From NCBI GenBank assembly GCA_041497895.1, contig JBGQHJ010000028.1:1-38591 (forward strand): 38,591 nt of DNA. Reading direction: 5' to 3'. The translations under genes and the position numbers were made by a program. Origin of the DNA: Candidatus Methylomirabilia bacterium (GTDB taxonomy: Bacteria > Methylomirabilota > Methylomirabilia > Rokubacteriales > CSP1-6). Below the pieces are notes generated by a model. It was not told the DNA's origin and did not search any database. It saw nothing but the letters and a program-made list of their open reading frames with translations. This document shows, piece after piece, positions 7,364 to 16,001 of the stretch (the stretch's first letter is position 1; every line of letters starts with the position of its first letter).

Positions 7364-10084
7364 CTACGGGCGCGGGTCGGCCCGGCGGGACGCCAAGGCT
7401 TCGCGAACGGCTCTCGTCAGATCGTGGGGGGTGAAGGGCTTCTGCAGGAAGGCTCGAGCCGGGCCGCCGGGGCGAGTGCGGCCGCCCTCCTCGTCCGTGT
7501 AGCCGGACATGAACAGCACCGCCAGCCCGGGACGAGTCTCGGCCAGCCGGACGGCCAGCTCCGGCCCGCGCATGGCCGGCATCACCATGTCGGTCAGGAG
7601 CAGGTCGATGACCAGGTCCGGGCGGTCGCTCACCGTGAGGGCCTCGAGAGGGTCGGCGGCCTCCACCACGGTGTAGCCGGACTCCTGCAGGATCTCCGAG
7701 GTGAGCCGGCGCAGATCTTCGTCGTCCTCGACGAGGAGCACGGTCCCCGAGCCTCCCACGAGATCCGGCTGGGATTCGGGCCGGCCCCCGGCCGCGCCGA
7801 CCCGGTCCAGGACCCGCGGGAGATAGACCGTGAAGGTCGTGCCGCGGCCCACCGCGCTGTCGAGCGCGAGATGGCCGCCGCTCTGGTGCACGATGCCATG
7901 GACGGTCGAGAGACCGAGCCCGGTCCCCTTGCCCGGCTCCTTGGTCGTGAAGAACGGCTCGAAGATCCTCGCCATCGTGGCGGCGTCCATCCCGCAGCCG
8001 GTGTCGCGAATGCTCAGCGTGACGTACTCCCCGGGGGGCACGTCCCGATCCTGGCCCCGGCGCCCGGCCTCCGGCACGGTGTGGATCGTGGTCTCGATGG
8101 TGAGCGTCCCGCCCTCCGGCATCGCGTCCCGGGCATTCACGACCAGGTTGACGATCACCTGCTCGATCTGGCCCGGATCGGCGATGACCTGGCCCGCGTC
8201 GTCGCTCGAGACGATCACGATCTCGATGTGCTCGCCGATGAGGCGCCTCAGGATGGGGGTCACGCCGGCCACCAGTGCCTTGAGATCGATCGGCTTCGGC
8301 TCGAGCACCTGCTTGCGGCTGAACGCGAGCAGCTGCCGGGTGAGGTCGGCGGCCCGCTGCGTGGTGGACTGGATCAGGTCGACGTCCTTGCGCGCGGGGT
8401 CGTCGGGCCGCATCCGCATGAGGAGCAGGCTGCTCCGCCCCCCGATGACCGTCAGCAGGTTGTTGAAGTCGTGGGCGATCCCGCCCGCGAGCTGGCCGAT
8501 CGCCTCGATCTTCTGGGCCTGGGCGAGCTGGGCCTGCGTCTGTTGCAGCTCCGCGTACGAGCCCTTGAGCTTCTCGACGAGCCGGGCCTGTCCGAGCGCG
8601 ATCGCGAGCTGGGTCGCCACCTCGCGCGCGATGCTGATCTGCTCCTCGGGGAAGTGCGCCTGGTCCCCGCCGAAGCTCACCGATCCGATGAGCTCGCCGG
8701 CGGTGATCATCGGCACGACCATGTACACGTGGACGCCCGACGAGAGCAGCGCGTCCGCCTCGGGGCTCGGCGGCAGTGACCGGACGTCGATGACCTGCGG
8801 CTCCCCGCGGCGGAGCGCGTCCAGGTCGCCCGCGAAGCGCAGGGGATAGCGCACGCCGGGGCCCCGGCGGACGCGGTGGCGGCCGACCGCGGCGAGCCAC
8901 TCCACCTCGCCGGCCGCCCAGTCGAACAGGTTCACGATCGCGCGGGGGACGCCGAGGAGATCCCGGAGCCGCCACAGCACCGCCTCCGCGATCGCGTCGG
9001 GGGCGGTCTCCGCGATGATCGCGAGGTCGATGTCGTGCAGGATGCGCAGCCGCTCGGCCTGCTTGACGAGCGCTTCCCGCGTCCTCGCGTTGCTGATGGT
9101 GAGGGCCGCCTGATCCGCGAAGCGCTGCAGGAGATCGATCTCCCGCTGGCTGAAGGTCCGCGGCTGGTCGCTGCCCACCGAGAGCACGCCCATGACGCCA
9201 CCGGCGGCGCGCATGGGAACCGCCAGTCCGGCGACGATGCCGACCGCGACGTTGCGGGCTCGAAGCTCCGGAGTCTGCTCGAAGCGCTCGTCGATCCGGA
9301 TGTCGCTGGTCCAGGTGGGGCGTCCGTCGATCGCGGCCCGCCCGACGAGGCCGGCCCCGGCGGGGACGACGCCGCCCGTTCCCGCGTACTCCTTGGCGCG
9401 ACCGGCCAGGGCGATCGGCCCCAGGTCTCCGTCGGGTCGAAAGAGCCGGATCGCGGAGCTGTGGACGCCCAGCAGGCCCAGGACGCTCTCGGCGATGCGC
9501 TGGGCCACCGCGACGTGGTCCAGGCTCTGGCCGATGAGACCGGCGACGAGCGCCAGCTCGCCGGCCTCGTACCGCTGCTGCGCGAGATCGGCCTGGAGCT
9601 GGACGTTCTCGCCGACCACGGCGGCCTGATCGGCCAGCGCGGTGAGGAGAGCCAGGTCCTGGTCGGTGAAGCGGCGGCCGGTCTGGTCGGCGAGGATGAG
9701 GCTTCCCGCCACCGCGCCGCGTACGCGGATCGCGGCGGCCGCGAGCGCGCCGAGCCGCCGATCCTGGATCATCCGGCGGGCGGGCGGGTCGAGCTGACAC
9801 GCGGACTCCGCCAGGACATCGACCGTACCGCGCGCCGGATCGGCAGGGGAGAGGAGGCGGCTCCACGCGACATCCGCGTCGACCGATGCGCCGCTGGTCT
9901 CGCCCGCTCCGCCCGGCCCCGCCGATGCCACGCGACGGAAGGTCGTCCCGTCGGCCCGGTAGACGCGCGCGTGGTGCCCGCCGAGCAACCGGAAAGCCAA
10001 GCCCGCGATCTTCTCCGCGATCTGGATGAAGTCGCGACTGCCCGCGTGCTCGGGGCCGAGCGCAGACGGGGTGGCTTCCGCCAT
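7364..10084 (-). CDS. Cytoplasmic hybrid sensor histidine kinase (3 GAF + HisKA/HATPase + receiver)
   Basis: GAF repeats, H-box GQLAGGIAHDFNNLL, N-box NLVVNARDAMP, FEPFFTTKEPGKGTGLGL and receiver LLVEDDE...LLLTDMVMP...LQKPF. Confidence 0.95.
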   Translation of the reverse strand: MAEATPSALGPEHAGSRDFIQIAEKIAGLAFRLLGGHHARVYRADGTTFRRVASAGPGGAGETSGASVDADVAWSRLLSPADPARGTVDVLAESACQLDPPARRMIQDRRLGALAAAAIRVRGAVAGSLILADQTGRRFTDQDLALLTALADQAAVVGENVQLQADLAQQRYEAGELALVAGLIGQSLDHVAVAQRIAESVLGLLGVHSSAIRLFRPDGDLGPIALAGRAKEYAGTGGVVPAGAGLVGRAAIDGRPTWTSDIRIDERFEQTPELRARNVAVGIVAGLAVPMRAAGGVMGVLSVGSDQPRTFSQREIDLLQRFADQAALTISNARTREALVKQAERLRILHDIDLAIIAETAPDAIAEAVLWRLRDLLGVPRAIVNLFDWAAGEVEWLAAVGRHRVRRGPGVRYPLRFAGDLDALRRGEPQVIDVRSLPPSPEADALLSSGVHVYMVVPMITAGELIGSVSFGGDQAHFPEEQISIAREVATQLAIALGQARLVEKLKGSYAELQQTQAQLAQAQKIEAIGQLAGGIAHDFNNLLTVIGGRSSLLLMRMRPDDPARKDVDLIQSTTQRAADLTRQLLAFSRKQVLEPKPIDLKALVAGVTPILRRLIGEHIEIVIVSSDDAGQVIADPGQIEQVIVNLVVNARDAMPEGGTLTIETTIHTVPEAGRRGQDRDVPPGEYVTLSIRDTGCGMDAATMARIFEPFFTTKEPGKGTGLGLSTVHGIVHQSGGHLALDSAVGRGTTFTVYLPRVLDRVGAAGGRPESQPDLVGGSGTVLLVEDDEDLRRLTSEILQESGYTVVEAADPLEALTVSDRPDLVIDLLLTDMVMPAMRGPELAVRLAETRPGLAVLFMSGYTDEEGGRTRPGGPARAFLQKPFTPHDLTRAVREALASRRADPRP

Positions 10085-10165
10085 GACTTCAGGGTATTAC
10101 ACCGCCATTTCAAATCCGCCGGTATTCGTGGGCGCCCATCCGGTCAACGTCGGTAAGATGTTCGC

Positions 10166-11866
10166 GTGCTCCGCGCCGACACCCCGCGCGCCTCCCGCGT
10201 CCTGCGCCTGGCCCTGCCGGTCGGTCTGGTGGCGGCCAGCGTCGTGGTGTTCGCCTCGACGCTCGACGGCGAGTTCCTCGACTGGGACGACCACGTGAAC
10301 TTCGTGGACAATCTCGGCTATCGCGGGCTGAGCGGCGCCCACCTGCGCTGGATCGTCACGAGCACCCTGATGGGTCATTACATTCCCGTGACGTGGCTCA
10401 CGCTGGCCCTGAACTACCTGGTCGGCGGGATGAGCCCATGGGGCTATCACGCGGTCAACGTGGCCCTCCACGCCGCCAACGCGGTGGTGGTCTACCTGAT
10501 CGCCCGGCGGCTGCTCGCGGCGGCGGCCGGGGAGCCCGACTGGCGGACGCGGGCGTGCTGCTGGGGCGGCGCGGCGGCCGCGGCCCTCTTTGCCTTGCAT
10601 CCGCTGCGGGTCGAATCGGTGGCGTGGATCACCGAGCGCCGCGACGTGCTGAGCGGGCTCTTCTATCTGCTCGCGGTCCTGGCCTACCTGCGGGCGGTGG
10701 AGGGGCCGACCGCGGACGCGCGCTGGCGGGCACTGTCGCTGGCCGCCTTCGCGGCGGGGCTCCTGTCCAAGGCCTCGGTGATGATCCTGCCGGCGGTGCT
10801 CCTGCTTCTCGACTGGTATCCGCTTGGCCGCGGCCGGCTCGGATGGCGGACTCTGTTACGGGAGAAGACGGTCTACGTCGCGCTGGCGGGGGCGGGTGCG
10901 GTCGTGGCCCTCGTGGCCCTGCGCGCGGGCATCCACGTGACGTCCTACGCGAGCCAGGGGCCCGAAGCGCGCGCCGCGATGGTTGCCTACAGCCTGTTCA
11001 TCTATCCCGCGCGATTCCTGTGGCCGGTGGGCCTGTCGCCCCTCTACGAGATTCCCGCCGAGGTGCACCTGTGGCGGGCGCGCTTCCTCGGCCCCGCCGT
11101 GGTCGTGATCCTCGTGTCGGCCGCGCTCATCGCGCTGCGGCGGCGCTGGCCGGCCGGGCTCGCGGCGTGGGCCTACTCGGCCGTGGTCGTGGCCCCGGTG
11201 AGCGGGGTCGTGCATGCCGGTTTTCAGCTCGCGCACGACCGCTACAGCTACCTGTCGGGTCTTGGCTTCGCGGTGCTGGCGGGAGGCGGTCTCGCGGCGA
11301 TCGTCCGGGCGCGTGCGAGCGGGCGCCTCCCCACGACCGCCGTGATCGGGGTCTTCGGCGGCGCGGCGGCGGCGCTGGTGATCCTCGCGGCCAACACCGT
11401 GGTGCAGACACAGGTCTGGCACGACTCGGAGACGCTCTGGCGCGGCGCGGTCGCGGTCGACCCACGCTGTGGCGTGTGCGCGGGGAATCTGGGCGCGGTG
11501 CTCGCGCGCGCGGGCCGCTACCCCGAGGCGATTCCACTCCTGCGCACCGCGTACGATCCCACCTCGGCCCGGAGCCGGCGCAATCTCGGCTTCGCGCTCA
11601 GAAACCAGGGGCTGGAGCAGGCGCAACAGGGTCGCCTCGCCGCGGCCATCCCGCTGCTCGAGGAGGCCGCGACGCTCATCCCGGACGACGCGGATGTCCA
11701 TCGCGGGCTCGGCGTCGCCCAATGGGAGCAGGGGGCGCTGGCCCAGGCCCACGCTCACCTGGAACGGGCCCGGGCGCTGGCCCCCGATGATCGCGCCACG
11801 GCCTGGTTGCTGGATCGGCTCGCCGCCGATCCGGCGCATCCCCCGGTCCGCGACCGCCGCCAGTAG
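10166..11866 (+). CDS. TMTC-like GT-C membrane glycosyltransferase with C-terminal TPRs
   Basis: Motifs FLDWDD, YIPVTWLT, GYHAVNVALHAANA, LFALHPLRVESVAWITERRDVL, HDRYSYL and QVWHDSETLW, followed by TPR-like helices. Confidence 0.88.
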   Translation: MLRADTPRASRVLRLALPVGLVAASVVVFASTLDGEFLDWDDHVNFVDNLGYRGLSGAHLRWIVTSTLMGHYIPVTWLTLALNYLVGGMSPWGYHAVNVALHAANAVVVYLIARRLLAAAAGEPDWRTRACCWGGAAAAALFALHPLRVESVAWITERRDVLSGLFYLLAVLAYLRAVEGPTADARWRALSLAAFAAGLLSKASVMILPAVLLLLDWYPLGRGRLGWRTLLREKTVYVALAGAGAVVALVALRAGIHVTSYASQGPEARAAMVAYSLFIYPARFLWPVGLSPLYEIPAEVHLWRARFLGPAVVVILVSAALIALRRRWPAGLAAWAYSAVVVAPVSGVVHAGFQLAHDRYSYLSGLGFAVLAGGGLAAIVRARASGRLPTTAVIGVFGGAAAALVILAANTVVQTQVWHDSETLWRGAVAVDPRCGVCAGNLGAVLARAGRYPEAIPLLRTAYDPTSARSRRNLGFALRNQGLEQAQQGRLAAAIPLLEEAATLIPDDADVHRGLGVAQWEQGALAQAHAHLERARALAPDDRATAWLLDRLAADPAHPPVRDRRQ

Positions 11867-11878
11867 CCGGACCGGCCG

Positions 11879-12082
11879 CTAGCGAACCACGCCCTGGCGG
11901 GCGCGGGTGATCCACACCAGGTCCAGCTCGCTGTCGGTCCAGCCGTGCGAACGGAGGTGCGCGACCCACGCGCGCACGTCGGCCGCCGAGACGATGTCGG
12001 TGCCGGCGTCGACCTCGACACGGCTGGCGCAGGGCAGGCGCCCAGGGAGCGACGGAGACAGCGGGCGATCGTTGATGGGCAT
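11879..12082 (-). CDS. Hypothetical 67-aa protein
   Basis: GAGGA RBS 8 nt before the ATG. It is divergent from the microprotein operon. Confidence 0.5.
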   Translation of the reverse strand: MPINDRPLSPSLPGRLPCASRVEVDAGTDIVSAADVRAWVAHLRSHGWTDSELDLVWITRARQGVVR

Positions 12083-12244
12083 CTCGGGGATCCTCGATGA
12101 CGGCCGGCATCGGCTACGGGGCGAGGACGGAGAGGACGGCGGGGGCGCCAGTACCTGCCGATCTCCTCGGGAGGAGAGGATCCGACTATAGCGCAAACAC
12201 GACCCTTGCGGGGGGCGAATCGGCCGCAGTCGGGGATTCGGTCA

Positions 12245-12301
12245 TTGACCGGAGGGCAATCTAGTGATATAAGGTGGTTGTAGCGATATATATTATATAA
12301 G
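12245..12301 (+). promoter_or_regulatory. Sigma70-type promoter with extended -10 plus a downstream AT-rich operator-like motif
   Basis: TTGACC (12245-12250), 17 bp, then TGn-TATAAG (12268-12273). Motif gatatatattatataag at 12285-12301. Confidence 0.7.
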
Positions 12302-12342
12302 TGTACATTCATCGCCCACCGTGGCGTGGAGGATTCCGACCG

Positions 12343-12612
12343 ATGCCAGCCGCGATCTTCAGTGTCGGGGATTTCGTCCGGCGTGTCGTCGACAGTCTCC
12401 TCCGGGGCGAGTGCCGGGGCCGCTTCCTCTGCGCGCGCTGCCTCGTCAAGCTGACCCGGGATCACCTGGACCGCCGCTACACGACGCGCGAGGTCGCGCG
12501 CGCGATGGACGACCTCTTCCGTGCCCCCGGGCGGATCACCCACGCGCTGACGTCCACGTGCGTGGCCTGCGCGAGCCGCACGATACCGTGCCTCGGGGTG
12601 CCGAGTCCGTGA
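12343..12612 (+). CDS. 89-aa CxxC...CxxC microprotein, copy 1
   Basis: GGAGGA RBS. Sequence RGRFLCARCL...EVARAMDDLFRAPG...CVAC...PCLG. Confidence 0.8.
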   Translation: MPAAIFSVGDFVRRVVDSLLRGECRGRFLCARCLVKLTRDHLDRRYTTREVARAMDDLFRAPGRITHALTSTCVACASRTIPCLGVPSP

Positions 12613-12905
12613 TGGTCACCTACACGACAGAGGGCTTCATCCGGCGCGCGGTCTCCCGCGTGCTCGGCGGCGCCTATCGGGGCCGTGGCGTCTGTGCCTC
12701 CTGCCTCGTGGGGATGGCGCTGGAGCGCCTGCACACCGGCTGGCGGAGGTCGGAGGTCGAGGGTGCGATGGAGAAGGTCTTCAAGACGCCCGGGCCGCTC
12801 AGCAGCGTCGCGATCGGGCCCTGCGCGCGCTGCCGGCGGTCGATGCCGTGCCTGCTCGGCGGCCGGCCCGGCGAGGTGGCCGAGCGAGCCTCCGGAGCGG
12901 CGTGA
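12612..12905 (+). CDS. 97-aa CxxC...CxxC microprotein, copy 2
   Basis: GTGATG stop/start overlap. Sequence RGRGVCASCL...EVEGAMEKVFKTPG...CARC...PCLL, clearly paralogous to copy 1. Confidence 0.8.
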   Translation: MVTYTTEGFIRRAVSRVLGGAYRGRGVCASCLVGMALERLHTGWRRSEVEGAMEKVFKTPGPLSSVAIGPCARCRRSMPCLLGGRPGEVAERASGAA

Positions 12906-13162
12906 TGCTCGGCGAGGAGCTGGCCCGCTGTCACGTGGGCGCCGTGCTGCGGGAACGTCCGGGTCGGTATTACTGCGCCCGGTGCCTGGCCGGTCTGGTC
13001 GAGACGGTCGCGTGGACGAAGCGGGACGCGCGCCGAGCCATCGCGGTGCTCTTCCGCTGGCCGATCGGGCTCACGATCGCGATGCGCCGTCGGCGGCAGC
13101 CGTGCCGGGGCTGCGGCCAGGTCGGCGGGGCGCGGCTCGGGGCGGTGGCCGGCGGGTCCTGA
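12905..13162 (+). CDS. 85-aa CxxC...CxxC microprotein, copy 3
   Basis: GTGATG overlap. Sequence PGRYYCARCL...DARRAIAVLFRWP...PCRGC. Confidence 0.75.
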   Translation: MLGEELARCHVGAVLRERPGRYYCARCLAGLVETVAWTKRDARRAIAVLFRWPIGLTIAMRRRRQPCRGCGQVGGARLGAVAGGS

Positions 13163-13194
13163 GCCGGCGGGCCCGATCGAAGGAACGGGCCGGG

Positions 13195-13359
13195 TCAGGC
13201 GCGCCTCGCGTCGCGCATCTCCAGAGCCAGGCCGGCCACGTTCAGCACGACCCCGAGCCAGAAGGCCACTTCCCGACTCGTGGTCCCGTCTCCGAGATGC
13301 CCGATGATGACGAAGGCGATGCCGACCGAGAGTAGGACGTGCTTCAGCTGTATCGCCAC
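13195..13359 (-). CDS. 54-aa two-TM membrane microprotein (absent from the ORF track)
   Basis: AGGAGG RBS, GTG start. Sequence MAIQLKHVLLSVGIAFVIIGHLGDGTTSREVAFWLGVVLNVAGLALEMRDARRA. Confidence 0.65.
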   Translation of the reverse strand: MAIQLKHVLLSVGIAFVIIGHLGDGTTSREVAFWLGVVLNVAGLALEMRDARRA

Positions 13360-13387
13360 GACGCCTCCTGGGACGAGCCGTGCGAGG

Positions 13388-13442
13388 TTGCGGGCCGTCC
13401 GGTAGCCATGATATAAGTTACATAAGAAGATGCATGTATATC
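13388..13442 (+). promoter_or_regulatory. Sigma70-type promoter with an AT-rich operator-like motif upstream of the RHH gene
   Basis: TTGCGG (13388-13393), 18 bp, then TGn-TATAAG (13412-13417). Motif gatataagttacataag at 13410-13426; gatata/tatatc inverted pair at 13410 and 13437. Confidence 0.6.
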
Positions 13443-13469
13443 TTTGAGCCCCGAAAGGTGGAGGTGGCG

Positions 13470-13781
13470 ATGTTCGAGGATAAGGCTCGGGTCCTGCTCA
13501 TTCTCCCTCAGGAGGTTCTGGATCGGGCGCGCGTGTTCGCGGGAGAGGCGATCACCAAGCTGAAGGGCCCGGTGAGCCTGCAGATGGTGCTGCGCGCCCT
13601 CATCGACGAGGGGCTGAAGCGCGGCCGGGACCGGACCATCGTGACCAACATCGAAGGGCAGATGCAGGCGGTGCGGGCGATACGGAGCCGAGGGGGGCGG
13701 CCGGCGGCCACCGGGCCGCGGGCCAACGGCGCGGGCCGACGGGTGGGGAAGGGCCGGGTCGGGGAGGCCCGCCGGCCGTGA
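13470..13781 (+). CDS. Putative ribbon-helix-helix DNA-binding protein with a basic disordered tail
   Basis: GGAGG RBS. Alternating strand ARVLLIL, helix PQEVLDRARVFA, and second helix SLQMVLRALIDEGL. Confidence 0.65.
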   Translation: MFEDKARVLLILPQEVLDRARVFAGEAITKLKGPVSLQMVLRALIDEGLKRGRDRTIVTNIEGQMQAVRAIRSRGGRPAATGPRANGAGRRVGKGRVGEARRP

Positions 13782-14248
13782 TGCCCCGGCGTCACTTCAT
13801 GGGGGATCGCACCTACAAGGGGCTCACCTATACCCTGCAGCTCGAGGCGGTCGAGGACTGCGTGTTCAAGGCGCACGCGAGGCTCCTGCCGTCCGGTCCA
13901 GAGGTGTCCTTCGTGGACGAGGCCTCGGATCGCGCGCTGAAGCAGGCGGAGACCGAGATCAAGCAGATCATCGAGCGGCGGGAGGCGAGGGCGGTCGTGC
14001 GTGAGCGCCTGCCCGAGCGGAAGTACGGCGACGTGACGTACACGATCATCGTGCGAACCGAGGCGACCCGGGTGGTCACCGAGCTCTACTTCATTCGCAC
14101 CAACGCGGTGCAGCGCCGCCCGGGCCCCGGCACCTTCTTCGGTCTCTTCCCGGGCAAGACGAAGGACCGTGCCGTCGCGCAGGCGGAGAAGGCCTTCAAG
14201 GCCAAGATCGACAAGGAGCGCGCGGACGGCCGGGGCCGCAAGGCCTAG
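13778..14248 (+). CDS. Hypothetical protein with two tandem copies of a ~60-aa domain
   Basis: GTGA overlap with the RHH gene. Repeats are DRTYKGLTYTL...DRALKQAETEIKQIIERRE and ERKYGDVTYTI...DRAVAQAEKAFKAKIDKER. Confidence 0.7.
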   Translation: MMPRRHFMGDRTYKGLTYTLQLEAVEDCVFKAHARLLPSGPEVSFVDEASDRALKQAETEIKQIIERREARAVVRERLPERKYGDVTYTIIVRTEATRVVTELYFIRTNAVQRRPGPGTFFGLFPGKTKDRAVAQAEKAFKAKIDKERADGRGRKA

Positions 14249-14268
14249 GCGCGGCGGCCGCGGCAGGA

Positions 14269-14556
14269 ATGCGTGAGCCCGGCCTCGGCCTGAGCGTCTG
14301 GTGGGACGAGCGCGAGTACCGGGCGTGCGGGGCGTCGCTCGAGTGTCGGGGGCGGTTCATCGTCGGGAAGCTGTTCGATCTCGACACCCGCATGCTCCAG
14401 ACCGCGTGGCTCGCCGCCTTCGGGCGGCGGCTGCTGGGTCCGCCCGAGATCCAGGCCCACGACATCACCCGGTTCCAGTGGGGCCTGATCCTCTCGCACA
14501 TGGGCGCCAGCGCGGGCGAGATCGCCGACGTGCAGGCGAGGATGGGGCGCACCTGA
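14269..14556 (+). CDS. Hypothetical 95-aa protein
   Basis: GC3-rich ORF co-oriented 20 bp after the previous gene. Confidence 0.55.
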   Translation: MREPGLGLSVWWDEREYRACGASLECRGRFIVGKLFDLDTRMLQTAWLAAFGRRLLGPPEIQAHDITRFQWGLILSHMGASAGEIADVQARMGRT

Positions 14557-14727
14557 TCGCCGCGCGAGCCCTCGCGCTCCGTGCCACGGGCTCCGCTCCC
14601 GCCGTCCGCCGGTAGTCCTCGAGACCTTTCCTCGCCTCTCGCGTCGACCCCGGTGGAACCGCGTGCGAGCGGCGAGCGTCTGGGGTATTGTGACGGGGTT
14701 CACCCCAACGATCTCGGAGGATGGCTG

Positions 14728-15114
14728 ATGGCGAACTCGGCGGGATATCACGAATCAGAGGAGAAGCTCCGACCGGAGACTCAGGACAATCACCGGGCGC
14801 TGACCTCCATGCAGGAGGAGCTCGAGGCGGCCGACTGGTACGATCAGCGGGTCGACGCCGCGACCGACCCGGAGCTGAAGGGGATCCTGGCCCACAACCG
14901 CGACGAGGAGAAAGAGCACTTCGCCATGCTCCTCGAGTGGTACCGGCGGCGCGACGCCAAGATGGACGCGCACCTCAAGGAATATCTGTTCACGAGCGGC
15001 TCGCTCATCGCCCGGGAGCAGGCCACGGCCGGGGCGGGCGAGCCCGGCGGTGACGCGCCCGCGGGCGGCGGCTCGCTCGGCATCGGCAGCCTGAAGGGAG
15101 GGCAGGGGCTATGA
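14728..15114 (+). CDS. Encapsulin-associated ferritin-like protein (Flp/EncFtn) with a C-terminal cargo-loading peptide
   Basis: HRALTSMQEELEAADWYDQR...LAHNRDEEKEHFAMLLEW ferroxidase motifs, a Gly/Ala linker and the GSLGIGSLK targeting peptide. GGAGG RBS. Confidence 0.95.
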   Translation: MANSAGYHESEEKLRPETQDNHRALTSMQEELEAADWYDQRVDAATDPELKGILAHNRDEEKEHFAMLLEWYRRRDAKMDAHLKEYLFTSGSLIAREQATAGAGEPGGDAPAGGGSLGIGSLKGGQGL

Positions 15115-15941
15115 ACAACCTGAAGCGAGAGCTGGCGCCCCTCTCCTCCGCCGCGTGGCACGAGATCGACGCGGAGGCCACCCGCGTCCTCCGGCTCAAG
15201 CTGGCCGGCCGGAAGGTCGTCGACTTCGAGGGGCCGCTCGGCCCCACCGGCGCCGCGGTGAACACCGGCCGACGCGAGCGGCTCGGCGCGGCCCCGGTCC
15301 CGGACGTGGAGGCCACCCGACGGCAGGTGCTGCCGCTGATCGAGCTGCGCGCGTACTTCGATCTCAACCGCGAGGAGATGGACGCGGTCGAGCGCGGATC
15401 GAAGGACCCGGAGCTCCAGCCGCTGATCGATGCGGCCACCCGCATCGCCTACGCGGAGGACACCGCGATCTTCCACGGCTACGCCGCGGGCGGGATCAAG
15501 GGGATCGACCAGGTCACCGCCCATCCGATCCTGCCGATCCCCGACGACTATCAGGCCTATCCCCACAGCATCGCCGAGGCGACGCGACTCCTGCGCCTGG
15601 CCGGCGTCGACGGCCCGTACGCGATCGCGCTGGGCCCCCGCTCCTACACCGGGCTCACCCAGGCAGTGGGCGACGGCGGCTACCCGGTCCTCAACGTGGT
15701 TCGCAAGCTGGTGGACGGGCCCATCGTGTGGGCCCCCGCGGTCAGGGGGGCGGTGGTGCTGAGCCTCCGGGGTGGCGACTTCGAGCTGACCGTGGGCCGC
15801 GACATCTCGATCGCCTATCAGAGCCACACCGACACGTCGGTCCGCCTGTACCTGATCGAGACCATGGTGTTCCGCGTGCTCACGCCCGAGGCCGCGGTGG
15901 CGCTCGCGCACAAGGACGCCAAGGCATCGCGGAAGGGGTGA
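15111..15941 (+). CDS. Family 1 encapsulin shell protein (Linocin M18 type)
   Basis: MNNLKRELAPLSSAAWHEID...LAGRKVVDFEGPLG...IAYAEDTAIFHG...VLSLRGGDFELTVGRDISIAY. ATGA overlap with the cargo gene. Confidence 0.97.
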   Translation: MNNLKRELAPLSSAAWHEIDAEATRVLRLKLAGRKVVDFEGPLGPTGAAVNTGRRERLGAAPVPDVEATRRQVLPLIELRAYFDLNREEMDAVERGSKDPELQPLIDAATRIAYAEDTAIFHGYAAGGIKGIDQVTAHPILPIPDDYQAYPHSIAEATRLLRLAGVDGPYAIALGPRSYTGLTQAVGDGGYPVLNVVRKLVDGPIVWAPAVRGAVVLSLRGGDFELTVGRDISIAYQSHTDTSVRLYLIETMVFRVLTPEAAVALAHKDAKASRKG

Positions 15942-15971
15942 CCGCGGTGCCGAGAAGGGCGTAGACCCTCT

Positions 15972-15992
15972 AGCCGGGCGACGCGCCCGGCT
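15972..15992. terminator. GC hairpin between convergent genes, possible bidirectional terminator
   Basis: agccgggcg-acg-cgcccggct, a 9-bp stem with no U-tract. Confidence 0.35.
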
Positions 15993-16001
15993 CGGCCGTG
16001 C

